A stretch of DNA of 63,960 bases, counting the filler, from Octopus bimaculoides (Eukaryota), in assembly GCF_001194135.2 (NCBI RefSeq). It is 7 parts of 6 records of this genome, joined end to end, with 100 filler letters (N's around TTAATTAATTAA, not from the genome) between each part and the next. Parts side by side here need not be neighbours in the genome. Positions count along the whole stretch, not along the records: positions 31,848 to 39,553 come from NC_068981.1; positions 39,654 to 52,988 come from NC_068981.1; 5 more parts are not named here. One strand, 5' to 3'. Each line of letters starts with the position of its first letter. The first letter of the stretch is position 1. The translations under genes were made by a program, and so were the position numbers. Below, piece after piece: positions 37,935 through 51,164 of the stretch. The notes beneath the pieces were generated by a model that saw only the letters and a list, made by a program, of their open reading frames with translations, was not told where the DNA came from and made no database searches.

Positions 37935-38190
37935 CAAACTTACAGTAAACATACCTATGCATAACCTTTTTGTGGTAGGCAAAGAGTTTCTTTTTCAGCT
38001 CTTTGTTGAGGTATGCTATTACTGCACTTCTGTGTTCATATAGGAGGTCTCGGCGAAGTGAGTACTTCTCGAAGAACTCACGACTGGCTTGCAGGATGTT
38101 ACTTTTGAGCACTTGGTTCATTTACTTATTTTTGCTGCTGCTGTATAGCAGATGGTGTCACACTGCATTCAAATGCTATCTGCACTGATG
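37935..38190 (-). pseudogene. Decayed coding relic of unknown family (ORF 37909-38121)
   Basis: Peptide NILQASREFFEKYSLRRDLLYEHRSAVIAYLNKELKKKLFAYHKKVMHRYVYCK. It shares aaaaaggttatgcat and peptide similarity with 32555-32700. Confidence 0.45.
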
Positions 38191-38414
38191 TTAAGTCTCT
38201 TCTTATTCATGCATGCATGTAATATATGCATGCATGCATGCATCTTTGTATGTATGTATGTATGTATGTATGTATGTATGCATGTATGTATGTGTGGTAG
38301 TGTGTGTATGAGTGTGTGCACGCATGTATGACATACTGTGTGATAAGACGATAACGACATTATCGTTGAAGATTATAATGCAATGGGGGTAGTTTTGCAA
38401 GCAGAAACGGCTGG

Positions 38415-38453
<39 letters not shown>

Positions 38454-38479
38454 TGTATGTGTGTGTAAGTGTTTGGTAT

Positions 38480-39338
38480 AAGCTGAAGTTGGTGAAGGGT
38501 GTGAGGTTGATGGTGATGGTGGTGGTGGTGGTTATGAACTGTGGTAAGGAGAGAATTGACAGGGACATGGATGGGGTGTGGGTTGTGTGCGTGCCTGCGT
38601 GATGTGTGGTGATGGTTTAGTGAAGTTGTTTAGGGAGAAGTCGGGAAAGAGCGAGAGCAGGTGAGGCGGAGTTTGAAACAACAACAACAACAGTTTATCC
38701 GCCACCAACATTACCATTCAGCATTCCCTTTATTTAGCCTGCTGTTGTTGGTGATGGTGGCGATTATGGTAGTGGCGGCGGCGGTAGTGGTTATGGTGTT
38801 GGTGGTGGTGGTGGCGTTAAGGGTTACGTTGGGGATGGTGTGTCTGTTTATTGGTGTTTTTTTGTGTTTTCTTTTTGCTGTTGTTGGCAAATGTGGTTAT
38901 GATAATAATGTTGTGTGTGGTGGCAGTTTTGATGTTTATCGTAGCGGTGGTTGAGGTGATGATAGCGTTGCCGATGGTAGTGGTAGTGGTGGTAGTGGTG
39001 GTGGTTTCAGTGGGGGTATTAGTGGTGGTGGTGGTGGTTTCAGTGGGGGTTTTGGTGGTGGTGCTGATAGTGGGGGTGGTGGTGGCAGTGGTGGTGGTAG
39101 TGGTGCTGGCAGTAATGGTGTTTGTGGTGGTGGTGGGAGTAATGGTGTTTGTGGTGTTTGTGGTGGTGATATAAGAGTGATAGTTGGTGGTATGGGTTGG
39201 GTAGTGCTGGAGGTGAGAGGTGATAACGTTGGTAATTTCTTGGTAGTGGTGCGGGTATTGGAGTTTTTGTTGTTGTTAGGAGTGACGGTCATGTGGTGGT
39301 GGCGGTGGTAGTAGTGGTATTATTGTCGTTGGTGACAA

Positions 39339-39421
<83 letters not shown>

Positions 39422-39470
39422 ACAGCAACAGTAGCAGTAATTGTTGTAGTGGCAGTGGTAGTGATGTAAG
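38480..39470. repeat. G/T-rich low-complexity tract: (GGT)n, (GTA)n, (GCA)n
   Basis: Directly visible. Confidence 0.9.
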
Positions 39471-39653
39471 ATAGTTATTGCCCCTGTTTCGCTCCAGGTT
39501 GAACACTGAACGAGAGTAGGACGACGGACGTATATATATATATATATATATATNNNNNNNNNNNNNNNNNNNNNNNNNNNNNNNNNNNNNNNNNNNNTTA
39601 ATTAATTAANNNNNNNNNNNNNNNNNNNNNNNNNNNNNNNNNNNNNNNNNNNN

Positions 39654-39892
39654 AAAAAAATACTCAGACAAATACATAACAAAAATACCAGGACTTACAA
39701 ATATATATAACATACAGAAAATTGCACTACTGGGTACTGCACACATTCTACGCAAAACACTTTCAATACAGTAAACATAAAAGCACCACAGCAAACCACA
39801 GCACATACCCAAGGCGCACAGAGCTGTGCTCGGTAGTGAAGTGAAAGCACGTTATAAAAATAAAACTACTGAACAATAATAATAATAATAAT
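39654..39892 (+). mobile_element. 3' end of a second RLE-type (Dong-like) LINE with (TAA)n tail
   Basis: Peptide KKYSDKYITKIPGLTNIYNIQKIALLGTAHILRKTLSIQ*, then a 3'UTR and aataataat. Confidence 0.8.
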
Positions 39893-40356
39893 GAAGATGG
39901 GCTACAGCAAATATTCTGCTTAATACCACAGATTTGCTTGTCAGTTGTTTGACCTTAACCAGTTGAGCATGTCCCTTACTGGCTGACGATATGTGCATCT
40001 CTGATCACGAGCAGAAGTAGTGGGGGTTCATCATAGCCATGTGTTGAGAGGAATTCTTTGGGGTTTGAATAATGTATCTTTGGAAACATGGGTGTTTTGC
40101 TCAACATCCTTAAACAAACCTTATTCAGGGACCTTTTGAGCGGGATGGGTTACTCGACCTGAAGAAAATTCTAACTGGGCCCCACCTGCGAGGTCATGCG
40201 CTGCTTATCTTGATATGAGATCACTATGTCACGCACGGATGGTTGTGATGCATGTGCCTGGTGTACCCTTATCAGACGGGTAACCAAGATGGGTATAATG
40301 AGCTTCGTATATTTTACCCCAGTGTCACTTTGATGGCATGCACTACTCTCTCACTC

Positions 40357-40422
<66 letters not shown>
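39893..40422 (+). mobile_element. Retroposon 3' region flanked by (TAA)n
   Basis: About 465 bp of non-simple sequence between two TAA arrays, ending ctctctcactc(aat)n. No ORF. Confidence 0.5.
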
Positions 40423-40424
<2 letters not shown>

Positions 40425-40428
40425 CAAA

Positions 40429-41375
40429 AGTAACTAGAAAAGCACTCGGAGAGCGCAGAGGTCAGCCAAGTAGCTCATTTCCACCTATATACACGTGCTG
40501 AAAATCGCCCAATTTCTCAAACCAACGTCAGCAAAAACATAACCTCCTTGGCGGGATAAAAAAAAATAACACAGATTTAAAGAAAAAACCTTTTAAAAAC
40601 AGGAATCATCTGAAGCAGTTATAATACATCAATGACAACAGCAAGCTAGTTTCACCATACAACTAAAAGGAAACAACAATTACCTAAAACTTGAGTGATA
40701 CACACACAACATCATGGTCGGAAAAGTAACAGTCGGTTACGGTGACTTGTGCACGCCGATCCTGGTTCACGTAAACATGATTTACCAGGCTTCCATAGTC
40801 GGTGGTGGGTTTTGGACTAGTTGATCGAACCCAAACTGGTTCATAGTTGTCAAGATCTCGTGGCTAGGGGAATCAAGGAGATCCACTTTGAAATCACCAA
40901 GGACGAAGGTCAGATGATACCTTGGCAAAGATAAAAGAGGTATCTGTCTACTTACGAAACTAAACCTACCTACCTACCTACCTACTTTACATCCCTCTGT
41001 GGTCAGTATTGTATCAATCATCCCTCGAGAGTCCATAGATACGCAAGTAAAATTACTAATAGAGAAACGAAAATAAAATTTGGGAAACAGCAACGCCACC
41101 ATAGGTTACGTGGAAACGATGAACGTGTTTTCAAGGGAGATAATCAAAGCACGTAATATTGTAATACTTCATGTAAAGTAAACATAACAAATGAAAAATC
41201 CTTCAAGAATCCATTAAAGTTCCCGGATCACTACCAAAATTTCATGATCTATTCCTTGTGTTATTACCAACTTTTCCTGCAAATTTCATCAAATACCGTT
41301 CACAACTTTTTGAGTTATTTTGCACACAGTCGGACAGACGGACAAACCAACGCCGATGAAAACATAACCTCCTTA
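40429..41375 (+). mobile_element. Helentron-associated (HINE-like) element fragments at 40429-40557 and about 41045-41375
   Basis: Start aactagaaaagcactcggagagcgcag, shared end aaaacataacctcctt(ggcgg), and a cggacagacggaca microsatellite. The classification is from recall. Confidence 0.45.
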
Positions 41376-41384
41376 TAAATGCTT

Positions 41385-41650
41385 TCTAATCGATGTATCA
41401 ATACCAACAGATGACAACGTTTCTCTAAATGAAAAGGAGAAATTTTCAAAACACAACGATCTTGAAATAGAGGTAACTCGAACGTGGAGTCTATGAACAG
41501 AAGCAATTCCTATCATAATAGGCGCATTAGGCATGATAAAAAAATATTCAGACAAATAAATAAGAAAAAACATCAGGACTAACAAGTACATATAACATAC
41601 ACAAAATAGCACTTCGAGGCACGGCACACATCCTATGTAAAACATTTTTA
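41385..41650 (+). mobile_element. Decayed RLE endonuclease relic (Dong-like, same family as 39654)
   Basis: Peptide IDVSIPTDDNVS..EKEKFSK..DLEIEV.RTW...IPIIIGALGMIKK...IALRGTAHIL. Confidence 0.75.
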
Positions 41651-41905
41651 ATACAATGAAAATAAGTCGACCTTGCTTCTCATCTTTTCGGGTTCGATAA
41701 AATAAGTACCAGTTGAGCACTGGAGTCGATGTCTTCGACTTAACCCCTCCCCCGGAGTTGCTGGCCTTGTGCCAAAATTTGGAGTCAATATTACTGCTAC
41801 TGTTACTGCTACTGTAACTGTTGCTGCTGCTACCGGTACTACTACTACTNNNNNNNNNNTTACTGCTACTGTTACTGCTACTGTAACTGTTGCTGCTGCT
41901 ACCGG

Positions 41906-41950
<45 letters not shown>

Positions 41951-43251
41951 AGATATTGCTAATACTACTATTATATAAACACTAAGTAGCAACAAATAGC
42001 TAAATAAAAAAACAAAGTTATTACAAAAGTGGCAACACAAAACGTAACAACAATAACAATGGTGACATCAATAACACACACACACAAAAAGAAATAACAA
42101 CATAAACTGGACACACCAGCCACAGAATTAGCTATAAAATCTCCCTCAAGAACAATAATATGACCAACAACAACAACAACATTTGATAATATACTACGTG
42201 ACCAACGAGAACATTAATGATTACCGAAACAAACCAAGACAAAAATAGCAACAAGAGAAATAACAATGAAAATAAGTAAATAAATAAAAGTCAATAACAA
42301 CGAAAAAGGGTATATATAAAAATATCTACTACAAAATAATACAGCAAGGAACGGTCTGTCAATAATAAAGCAAAATAAAACCCTGAAGAAACAGCAATGA
42401 CAACCTATATGACAATACAACAAAATAAATGAATAACAATAAAAATAATAATATTTAACAGCGAACATCGATAATCGATTTTAGCAACAGAGAGGGTATT
42501 GGAAAATAAAATGAAATGGGAAAAAAGTAAGTAAATAAATATATAAATGAATAAATAAATAAGTAAATCGATAGGAAGAAAGACGAGGAAAAAATACAGC
42601 TTCAAATGGAACAGGAGATAAATGGACGGTTTGACCAGAAAAGAATTTAATTCATTTGTATATAAAGCGAAATAGAGAGAGAGTGAAACATCGTAGTTTT
42701 GTGTGGTGGTTGCGTAGTGATTTTTTTTTTATATAATCATCATTATGTACATCATCATTATAAGCGTCGTTGCTTTCATCATCATCATTATCATCATGTG
42801 GCAATAAGACTCTTAGAGCCTCCGTGACCACGTTCTTCAATTTTGGCAGGCAGTGATTGTCATAAAGGAAACATTTTGTGAGAGACATCGTACGTCCCTC
42901 TCAAGATCTCTGATTTTAAGAGAGTGAAGGAAAGAGAAAGAGGGAGAGAGAAAGAGAGGGAGAGAGAAAGAGAGAGAGAGAGAGAGGGAGAAACAGACAG
43001 ATAGACGGATCTCGGTACTATACTGGTATTTATGATATCGATTCGAACCCGGGAGAATAAAAGACAAAGATTACCTCGGTTTGTGTTGAACTAACAATGT
43101 GAAGTAATATCACAAAGCTCTATTGTCCATCGCTCTGAATTGGCCGTCAATCGGCCGCTTAATGATGTGGTAATACATTGATATAAAACATGCTTTGCAT
43201 ACATACCTACATACGTACGTACGTACGTACCTACCTACCTACCTACCTATC

Positions 43252-43485
43252 TTATTTCTTTATTGCCTCCAAGGGGCTAAATATAGAGCGGACAAAGAAG
43301 GACAGACAAAGGGATTAAGTCGATTACATCGACCCCAGTGTGTAACTGGTACTTAATTTATCGACCCCGAAAGGATGAAAGGCAAAGTCAACCTCGGCGG
43401 AATTTGAACTCAGAACGTAACGGCAGACGAAATACCGCTAAGCATTTCACCTGGCGTGCTAACGTTTCTGCCAGCTCACCGCCTT
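43252..43485 (-). mobile_element. Near-full-length SINE family B within (CCTA)n
   Basis: Complete head through unique tail, with cctacctacctatct on both sides. Confidence 0.85.
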
Positions 43486-43538
43486 ATACCTACCTACCTA
43501 TCTACATACATGCATACATACATACATACATACATACA

Positions 43539-43570
<32 letters not shown>

Positions 43571-43984
43571 AATGGACGGATGAGTGAATTTGATGTCGTT
43601 CAAAAAGGTACGGAACTAGCATGATGCGGCGCGGGTAAACCAGCATATGCTGTCGGGCCCCGATGCTGATATTGGGGGTTGCATTCTATGCCTTGACTCG
43701 AACATAGAACGGGGCTCACCTCTGAGCTCGGAAATGAATGGAATGCCTGGTGTATGTCTTGTTGTGGCTGCACCCAGGAATAGTCATGGATATATATATA
43801 TAATAAAAATAATATGTGAGTATATGCATATATACGCACATGTATGTACATACCTACATCTACATGTATATATCGATGCATATCTGGGTACAGGACGTCA
43901 CAAATAAACGTGGACAAAATGAAAAACAAAACATAAACAGAGTACAGAAAACACACAGGCCACATAGAGAACATTTCGTTCATG

Positions 43985-44280
43985 AGAGCGCATGACCTAG
44001 AGGTTAGGGTATTGCACTCGCGATCGCGATTTCATTTCCTTGACCGGGTGGTACTTTGTGTTCTTGAGAAAGACACTTCATCTCAATTTCCTCTGCGACC
44101 ACTTCGACTCGACACCTGACGCGTGATACACAGTGCACCTGTTCAGATAACGTCCGTTCGATGGAGAGAGTGGGCTGATGTGCGGCACGAACATTTGATC
44201 ACTATAAACAAATCATTTGTGCAGGTTGTTCAGCAAAGTTGAACGCTCATACGTCGTCTTCGACTGGAGGGTCCATTATG
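43985..44280 (+). mobile_element. SINE family C-like copy
   Basis: tRNA-like head gcgcatgacctagaggttaggg and ttcttgagaaagacactt segment. Confidence 0.55.
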
Positions 44281-44339
44281 GTGTGCATGTATATAATGAA
44301 TATGTAAATATAATTTATATATATTATATAAGCGCAAAT

Positions 44340-44729
44340 GTGACAGTATGGTAAGAATTTTGCTTCTCAACCACATGACTCCGGGTTCAGTCCCGCAGCG
44401 TGGGAACTTGGGCAAGTGTCTTCTACTATTGCCTCGGGCCGACTAAAGTTTCGTGAATGGATTTAGTTGTCCGAAACTGAAAGAAGCCTATTACATATAT
44501 ATATAAATATATATGTGGAGGTGGGAGTGTGCATGTTTGTACACCACCATAGCTTAACTACCAGTGTTGGCGTGTTTGTCCTCGTAACTTAGCAGTTCGT
44601 CAAAAGACACCGTCATTGTAAATACCAGGCTTCTAAATAATAAGTACTGAGGTCGGTACATTAGAGTAAAAATTCATGAAAACAGTGCCTCAGCAAGTCC
44701 GCAGTTTAATGAGTGAAATAAAAGGAGAA

Positions 44730-44767
<38 letters not shown>

Positions 44768-45160
44768 TTTACTTACTTTACTTTTTTTTACATGTTTCAG
44801 TCATTTGACCGCGGCCATGCTGGAGCACCGCCTTTTGCCGAACAAATCGACCCCACGACTTATTCTTTGTAAGCCTAGTACTTATTATATCGGTCATTTT
44901 TGTCGAACCGCTAAGTTACGGGGACGTGAACCCACCAGCATCGGTTGTCAAGCGATGTTGGTGGGAAAAACACAGACACACAAAGACACATATATATACA
45001 CATATACATATATACGACGGGCTTCTTTCAGTTTCTGTCTACCAAATCCACTCACAAGGCTTTGGTCGGCCAGAGGTTATAGTAGAAGACACTTGCACAA
45101 GGTGCCACGCTGTGGGACTGAACCCGGAACCATATGGCTGGTAAGCAAGCTACTTACCAC
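44340..45160. mobile_element. Tail-to-tail inverted pair of SINE A copies (44340-44728 +; 44775-45160 -)
   Basis: Both align to 63195-63553 in opposite orientations and are separated by about 45 bp including (TA)n. Confidence 0.85.
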
Positions 45161-45474
45161 TAATGCAATGAACTAATAACCAATGAACTAATAACCACAC
45201 CAAACTGATGACCCAACACGAGAGCAACATCTGGATGAAACAAGATTCACTGAAAGCAATAGATACATGCATACATACAAGAGTACGTACATGCACATTT
45301 TCAAACAAACATGCATAAACACACATACACACACACACGCATACATCAATACATTCGGGATGAACAAATATATGAATTAAACAGTAACTTGTAAAACTAT
45401 GTATATTTGTGTGTGCTTGTGTGTGTATGTATGTATACACATTATAGTTATGGATAGGTGTATATATATATATT

Positions 45475-45837
45475 ACTTGTTTCAGTCATTTGACTGAAGC
45501 CATGCTGGTGCACCGCCTTTAGTCGCACAAATCGAGCCCGTGACTTACTCTTTGTAAGCCTAGAACTTATTCTATAGGTCTCTTTGCCGAACCGCTAGTG
45601 TTATGGGGACGTAAACACACCAACATCGGTTGCCAAGCGACGATGGGGATACACACATATATATATAATATATATACGACGGACTTCTTTCAGTTCCCGT
45701 CTGTCAAATTTACTCACAAGGCTTTGGTCGACCCGATGTTATAGTAGAAGACAACTACCCAAAATGCCACGCAGTGGGACTGAACCTGGAACCATGTGGT
45801 TGGGAAAGCAAGCTTCTTATCACATAGCCACTCCTGT
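45475..45837 (-). mobile_element. SINE family A, full length
   Basis: Matches the family throughout. Confidence 0.85.
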
Positions 45838-46004
45838 ATATATATATATANNNNNNNNNNNNNNNNNNNNNNNNNNNNNNNNNNNNNNNNNNNNNNNNNN
45901 NNNNNNNNNNNNNNNNNNNNNNNNNNNNNNNNNNNNNNNNNNNNNNNNNNNNNNNNNNNNNNNNNNNNNNNNNNNNNNNNNNNNNNNNNNNNNNNNTATA
46001 TATG

Positions 46005-46040
<36 letters not shown>

Positions 46041-47927
46041 TGTATGTATATACAAACGTATGTATGTATATATATATATACAAACTTGCACAGTGATATA
46101 CTCGCACATTAATACTTATATTTGGTTGTTTGTTTGCTTGTCGATGCATGTGTACACGTGTATCTCAAGTTTAAGACAGCTGTTACATTCTGTTTAAAAT
46201 ATGATAGAAAAAAAAAACCCTCAGAATATCCATTCTCTATGCATATATTTTTTTTTTTTTTGCCATAATATCCTTTCACAGATCCCATATAAAACTATAT
46301 TTCATTTCAACTACATAATCCCGTTTGCCAGAATATACACTTGTCCTTGCACATTCATTTTACTGGAATATAAACAAGAACACAAACGAACATGAACTAC
46401 AGATCCTATCTAGCTTGTAATGGATACAAATAACGAATTTGTTAAAATGAATAACTAAAAAACGAAACGGAAAAAAAAAAAACATTATTAGAACTTTGGG
46501 GTTATTAGAGAGAGAATTTTTGAAAAATGCTTGCTGTTGAACGAAAATTATAACATGGGCTTGTCTTCAGTTGCCAGCTATTAGTTTTTTTTTTATTGTA
46601 TTTTATTTTATTCTTTTGCTCTGCCTATCTCTGTCTCTCCTCCCACTATGTTATTTGGGTTATTATTCTCACAGTAAAATGGGCGTGTACTGAAAGTGTC
46701 GCTTGTGCTGTGTGGAGTGGATTTATTTAGTTATTTGAGCTATGACTGTGTAAGCTACCGCCATTGTGTGGGTTTTAGTGTTATACGTGAGTCTGTGTGT
46801 GTGTGTGTCTGTGTGTTTGTGTGCGTGCGCTTTTATTTTTCCACCTATCTGCTCTTATGCATGCGTATTTTATATGTAAACATCTACACGAGATAACACA
46901 CCCGCATATGAGACATATACAGACACACAAACACAAACACTGTCTATCGCTCTTTCTCTCTCTCTCTCACACACACACACATATAAACACACTCGCATGC
47001 GCATATAGACAAAATACAGGAGGACACCCGACAGACAACTAAGACAACTCAAGCGCATACACATATATGTATGTGTGTGTGCATGTATGAAGGGATGAAT
47101 GCACGTTTGTATGCATGTAGGTACTTATGTGGGTGTTNNNNNNNNNNNNNNNNNNNNNNNNNNNNNNNNNNNNNNNNNNNNNNNNNNNNNNNNNNNNNNN
47201 NNNNNNNNNNNNNNNNNNNNNNNNNNNNNNNNNNNNNNNNNNNNNNNNNNNNNNNNNNNNNNNNNNNNNNNNNNNNNNNNNNNNNNNNNNNNNNNNNNNN
47301 NNNNNNNNNNNNNNNNNNNNNNNNNNNNNNNNNNNNNNNNNNNNNNNNNNNNNNNNNNNNNNNNNNNNNNNNNNNNNNNNNNNNNNNNNNNNNNNNNNNN
47401 NNNNNNNNNNNNNNNNNNNNNNNNNNNNNNNNNNNNNNNNNNNNNNNNNNNNNNNNNNNNNNNNNNNNNNNNNNNNNNNNNNNNNNNNNNNNNNNNNNNN
47501 NNNNNNNNNNNNNNNNNNNNNNNNNNNNNNNNNNNNNNNNNNNNNNNNNNNNNNNNNNNNNNNNNNNNNNNNNNNNNNNNNNNNNNNNNNNNNNNNNNNN
47601 NNNNNNNNNNNNNNNNNNNNNNNNNNNNNNNNNNNNNNNNNNNNNNNNNNNNNNNNNNNNNNNNNNNNNNNTATATATGTATTTTTTTCTATATAGTTTC
47701 TGTACATCACCTCCAAGCCTTCAAATATATATATGTATGTATATTTATGTATATATATATATATGTATATATATATGAATGTATATATGTATATATGTAT
47801 ATATATATATATACATATACATATACATATATATATACATACATATATACATACATACACACATAAACACACACGCACACACACACATACACACACACAC
47901 ATACACACACGCACAGACACACACACA

Positions 47928-47969
<42 letters not shown>

Positions 47970-47976
47970 CATATAT

Positions 47977-48010
47977 ATTCTAGCTGAATTACCCGGCATT
48001 GCCCGGGTTA
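47977..48010 (+). mobile_element. Helitron/HINE-like terminus
   Basis: tctagctgaattacccggcattgcccgggt, containing a short palindrome. Confidence 0.4.
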
Positions 48011-48661
48011 CTGCTGCTCTTATTCAGATTAGTAAACAATTAATATGAAGATATATGTTTTTTCTCATAATTATTTCAAAAATCTATATTTTATTTTAAA
48101 ATATCCAAATTGTAATGATAATAGAATTTAGAACTGAAAATATGAAAATCATTGTGTAATATTGTTGTTGGCGTAATGCGGAGAGCTGGCAGAAACGTTA
48201 GCATGACATGCGAAATGTTTAGCGCTGTATCGTCTGTCTTTACGCTCTGAGTTCAAATTCCGCCGAGGTCGACTTTGCCTTTCATCCTTTCGGGGTTGAT
48301 AAATTAAGTACGAGTAGCTTACTGGGTCGATCTGATCGAATGGTCCCCCACTGCCCTAAAATTTCGGGCCTTGTGCCTAGATTAGAAACGAATATTTCTT
48401 GTTGGTGTTCAAATGATTAAATCGTAGCTGCTTCCAACTCGTAAGCAACCAAAAGAGTTGGCCATCGGAGATGCATGTAATAGAGGGATGAAGTCCAATT
48501 ACCTTGAGGGATTGACCATGAGATTTGTTAATTGAAATACCAAAATACAATACAAATTGTACTGAAAACTAATTTGTACTAACTATACTAATTGTTATTA
48601 AGCAATAATTTGGTTGATATCACTGTTCATAAAGCTTAAATGTTGTGTTCAATATTACAAG

Positions 48662-48799
48662 ATACTTTCTTTTCCCTCACTGATAAACCATACATGTTTA
48701 AGCTATTTAATCGAAACGCTATTAATGGCAGTTACACTTGTTGCGATGATTTCTTATATTACGTCGTCATTTTCATTGCTAAAGATTTATCTAACAAAA
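48662..48799 (+). CDS. Candidate 138-nt exon (ILSFPSL...LLKIYLTK or TFFSLTDK...KDLSNK)
   Basis: Consensus donor AAA|gtaagt at 48800 with two open frames. The acceptor (ttcaatattacaag) is weak. Confidence 0.2.
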
Positions 48800-49136
48800 G
48801 TAAGTACATATCATCAGTTGTCGTGGTAGTTGTCACTTTAGAAATTAATGTCTTCCAAAGGTTTGGCTTACTGTGCTAAAAAAAAAAGCCTTTGACGATA
48901 GTATATTTTCTAATAATAATATTAGTTTTACACAACAATACTTTTAAAACAAGATATTATGAAATCTATGATTCAACGGTTTCCACTTCGGATCTTGGTC
49001 CTTTTTGTTTTGTGTTTTTACTTACTTTAATTCGTGCATACACTCTTTATGCAATAAATCCTCTAATGCTGAAACAACATAGTTTGCTTTGAGGATGCAT
49101 TTGCAGCCATTTCAAATCGTTTGACTAACCCGAGTC

Positions 49137-49252
<116 letters not shown>

Positions 49253-49509
49253 GTCCCCGTGTCTGTTAGTCTATATTTATTTACGTAAAGATTAAAGAGG
49301 CAAAGATTGATATGGTGTTGTGTTTGTGTGTCCGTGTTCAGATATCAATTACAGTCTTCGTTGTTGCAGTTCGGATTATTATAAATATCTGATTAGTCAC
49401 AATGTAACATCAAACTGCATTTGTAACATCTAACTGCGAGGTAGTGCCCTGTGTTACTACGAGCGCGCGTGTGTGGTAAAAGCAGACGTATACACAAGCT
49501 CACATGTAT

Positions 49510-50366
49510 ATCTTTTATCTTTTACTTGCTCCAGTCATTAAACCTCGGCTGTACTGAGGCACCGCACTAAGGAGTCTCAGCTGAACGAATAGACCCCAAT
49601 AGATATCTTTTAAAACCTGCCACTTAATTTTATTGGCCTCCTTTGCCGAACCCTTAAGTTCTAGGAGGCAAAGAAACCAACAGCGGTTGTCAAACGGTGA
49701 AGGGTATTAAACTCAAACACATATATACATATATATATATATATACACATCGCGGGTTTCTTTCAATTTCTTTCTACTAAATCCACTTACAAGCCCAGGG
49801 CAATAATAGAAGGCACTTGCTCAAGGTATCATGCAGTGAGTCAACCAGGAAGTAAGTATCTTACCACACTTGTAAATGTTTTGGGAGATTAACAAGTTTT
49901 CAAACTGTTTTCAAAGTTTCCAATCGACTAACAATAAATACAAAACCTCTGTGTTGTTTAGAAATAAGTTGATATTATTAACTTGGCTGTGTGGTAAGAC
50001 GCTTACTTTTCAACCATATGGTTCCGGGTTCAGTCCCACTGCCTGGCACATTGGGCAATTGTCTTTTACTAGAGCCTTGGGCCGACCAAAGCTTTGTGAA
50101 TGGATTTGGTAGACGGAAACTGAAAGAAACCTATTGTATGTGTGTGTGTCTGTGTCAGTGTTTGCCCCCTCCCCATCGCTTGACAACCGATGTTGATGTG
50201 TTTATGTCACTTAAACTTGTCAGTTCGGCAAAAGAGGCCGATAGAATAAGTACTAGGCTTACAAAAAATAAGTCCTGGGGCCGATTTTTTTCGACTAAAA
50301 TCTTTAACGCGGCACTACAGCATGGCTGCAGTCAAATGACTGAAACAAGTAAAAGAATAAAATAAA
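49510..50366. mobile_element. Head-to-head inverted SINE A pair (49510-49870 -; 49982-50366 +)
   Basis: Family A motifs in opposite orientations about 110 bp apart. Confidence 0.75.
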
Positions 50367-51128
50367 AACATGAAAAGAATATTATAACATTATCTCTACC
50401 AATACTGACATGAGTTACTGAAACGTATATATGATTTAGAGTAAATTAATTAAATTCAAATAATTTTGTAATATAAATTTTGTTTCGGTGCTGTGTTTGT
50501 CTGACTAGTGATTTGATCTATGATAGTGCGTTGAAATTAAAACAATAGCAATGTGGCAGACTCATTTTAGCCATTTATTAACACAAATAAGTGATTCATG
50601 AATGAATAACCTATACAGAAGAGAGACCCATATAAATTGGACTACCACCAAATTTCAAGTCAGTTGCTGTAGAACTGTATTAGTGACGTGATCGCAGATC
50701 TTGTTATAAAATGATTAATCATATATTATCAAGCATATATCATATATAATATATGATTAATCATATATTATCAATCATATATTATTCAAGCTTACACTTC
50801 TTGTGAGTTTTTGTATTGTAGCTATACTTCTTGTGAGTTTTTGTATTTGGCTGTTCTGATTAGCAGTCTTCATAATTTTTGAAATTGACTGAGATGTTAG
50901 GAAGGCTTAACGTTTCTCTCTTTGGCACTGCACTGTGACATAAGACATGCACTATGCCATTCATAGCTCAATTTCTCTAACTTTGAAGATGCATCATAAG
51001 TAAGTTTAGCACGAAATCACCAGGAGCAATTTCGTTGAATTGCAAATCTGAATTAAAGTTATCTTTTGGGTGACTTCAAAATGCATCAGGAATGCATCGC
51101 TAGCATAGATGTCTATCAAAGTCCTCGA

Positions 51129-51162
<34 letters not shown>

Positions 51163-51164
51163 CC

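Noticed and set aside
38936-39292. Proline-rich extensin-like ORF and Val-rich antisense ORF
   Set aside because: A product of (GGT)n low complexity, with no splice or compositional support beyond the repeat.
41790-41910. Exact ~58-bp duplication
   Set aside because: The copies flank a 10-N gap, so this is most likely unmerged contig overlap.
50710-50850. Short direct duplications (also 32450-32500, 45160-45200, 3900-3950)
   Set aside because: Ordinary slippage duplications with no further structure.
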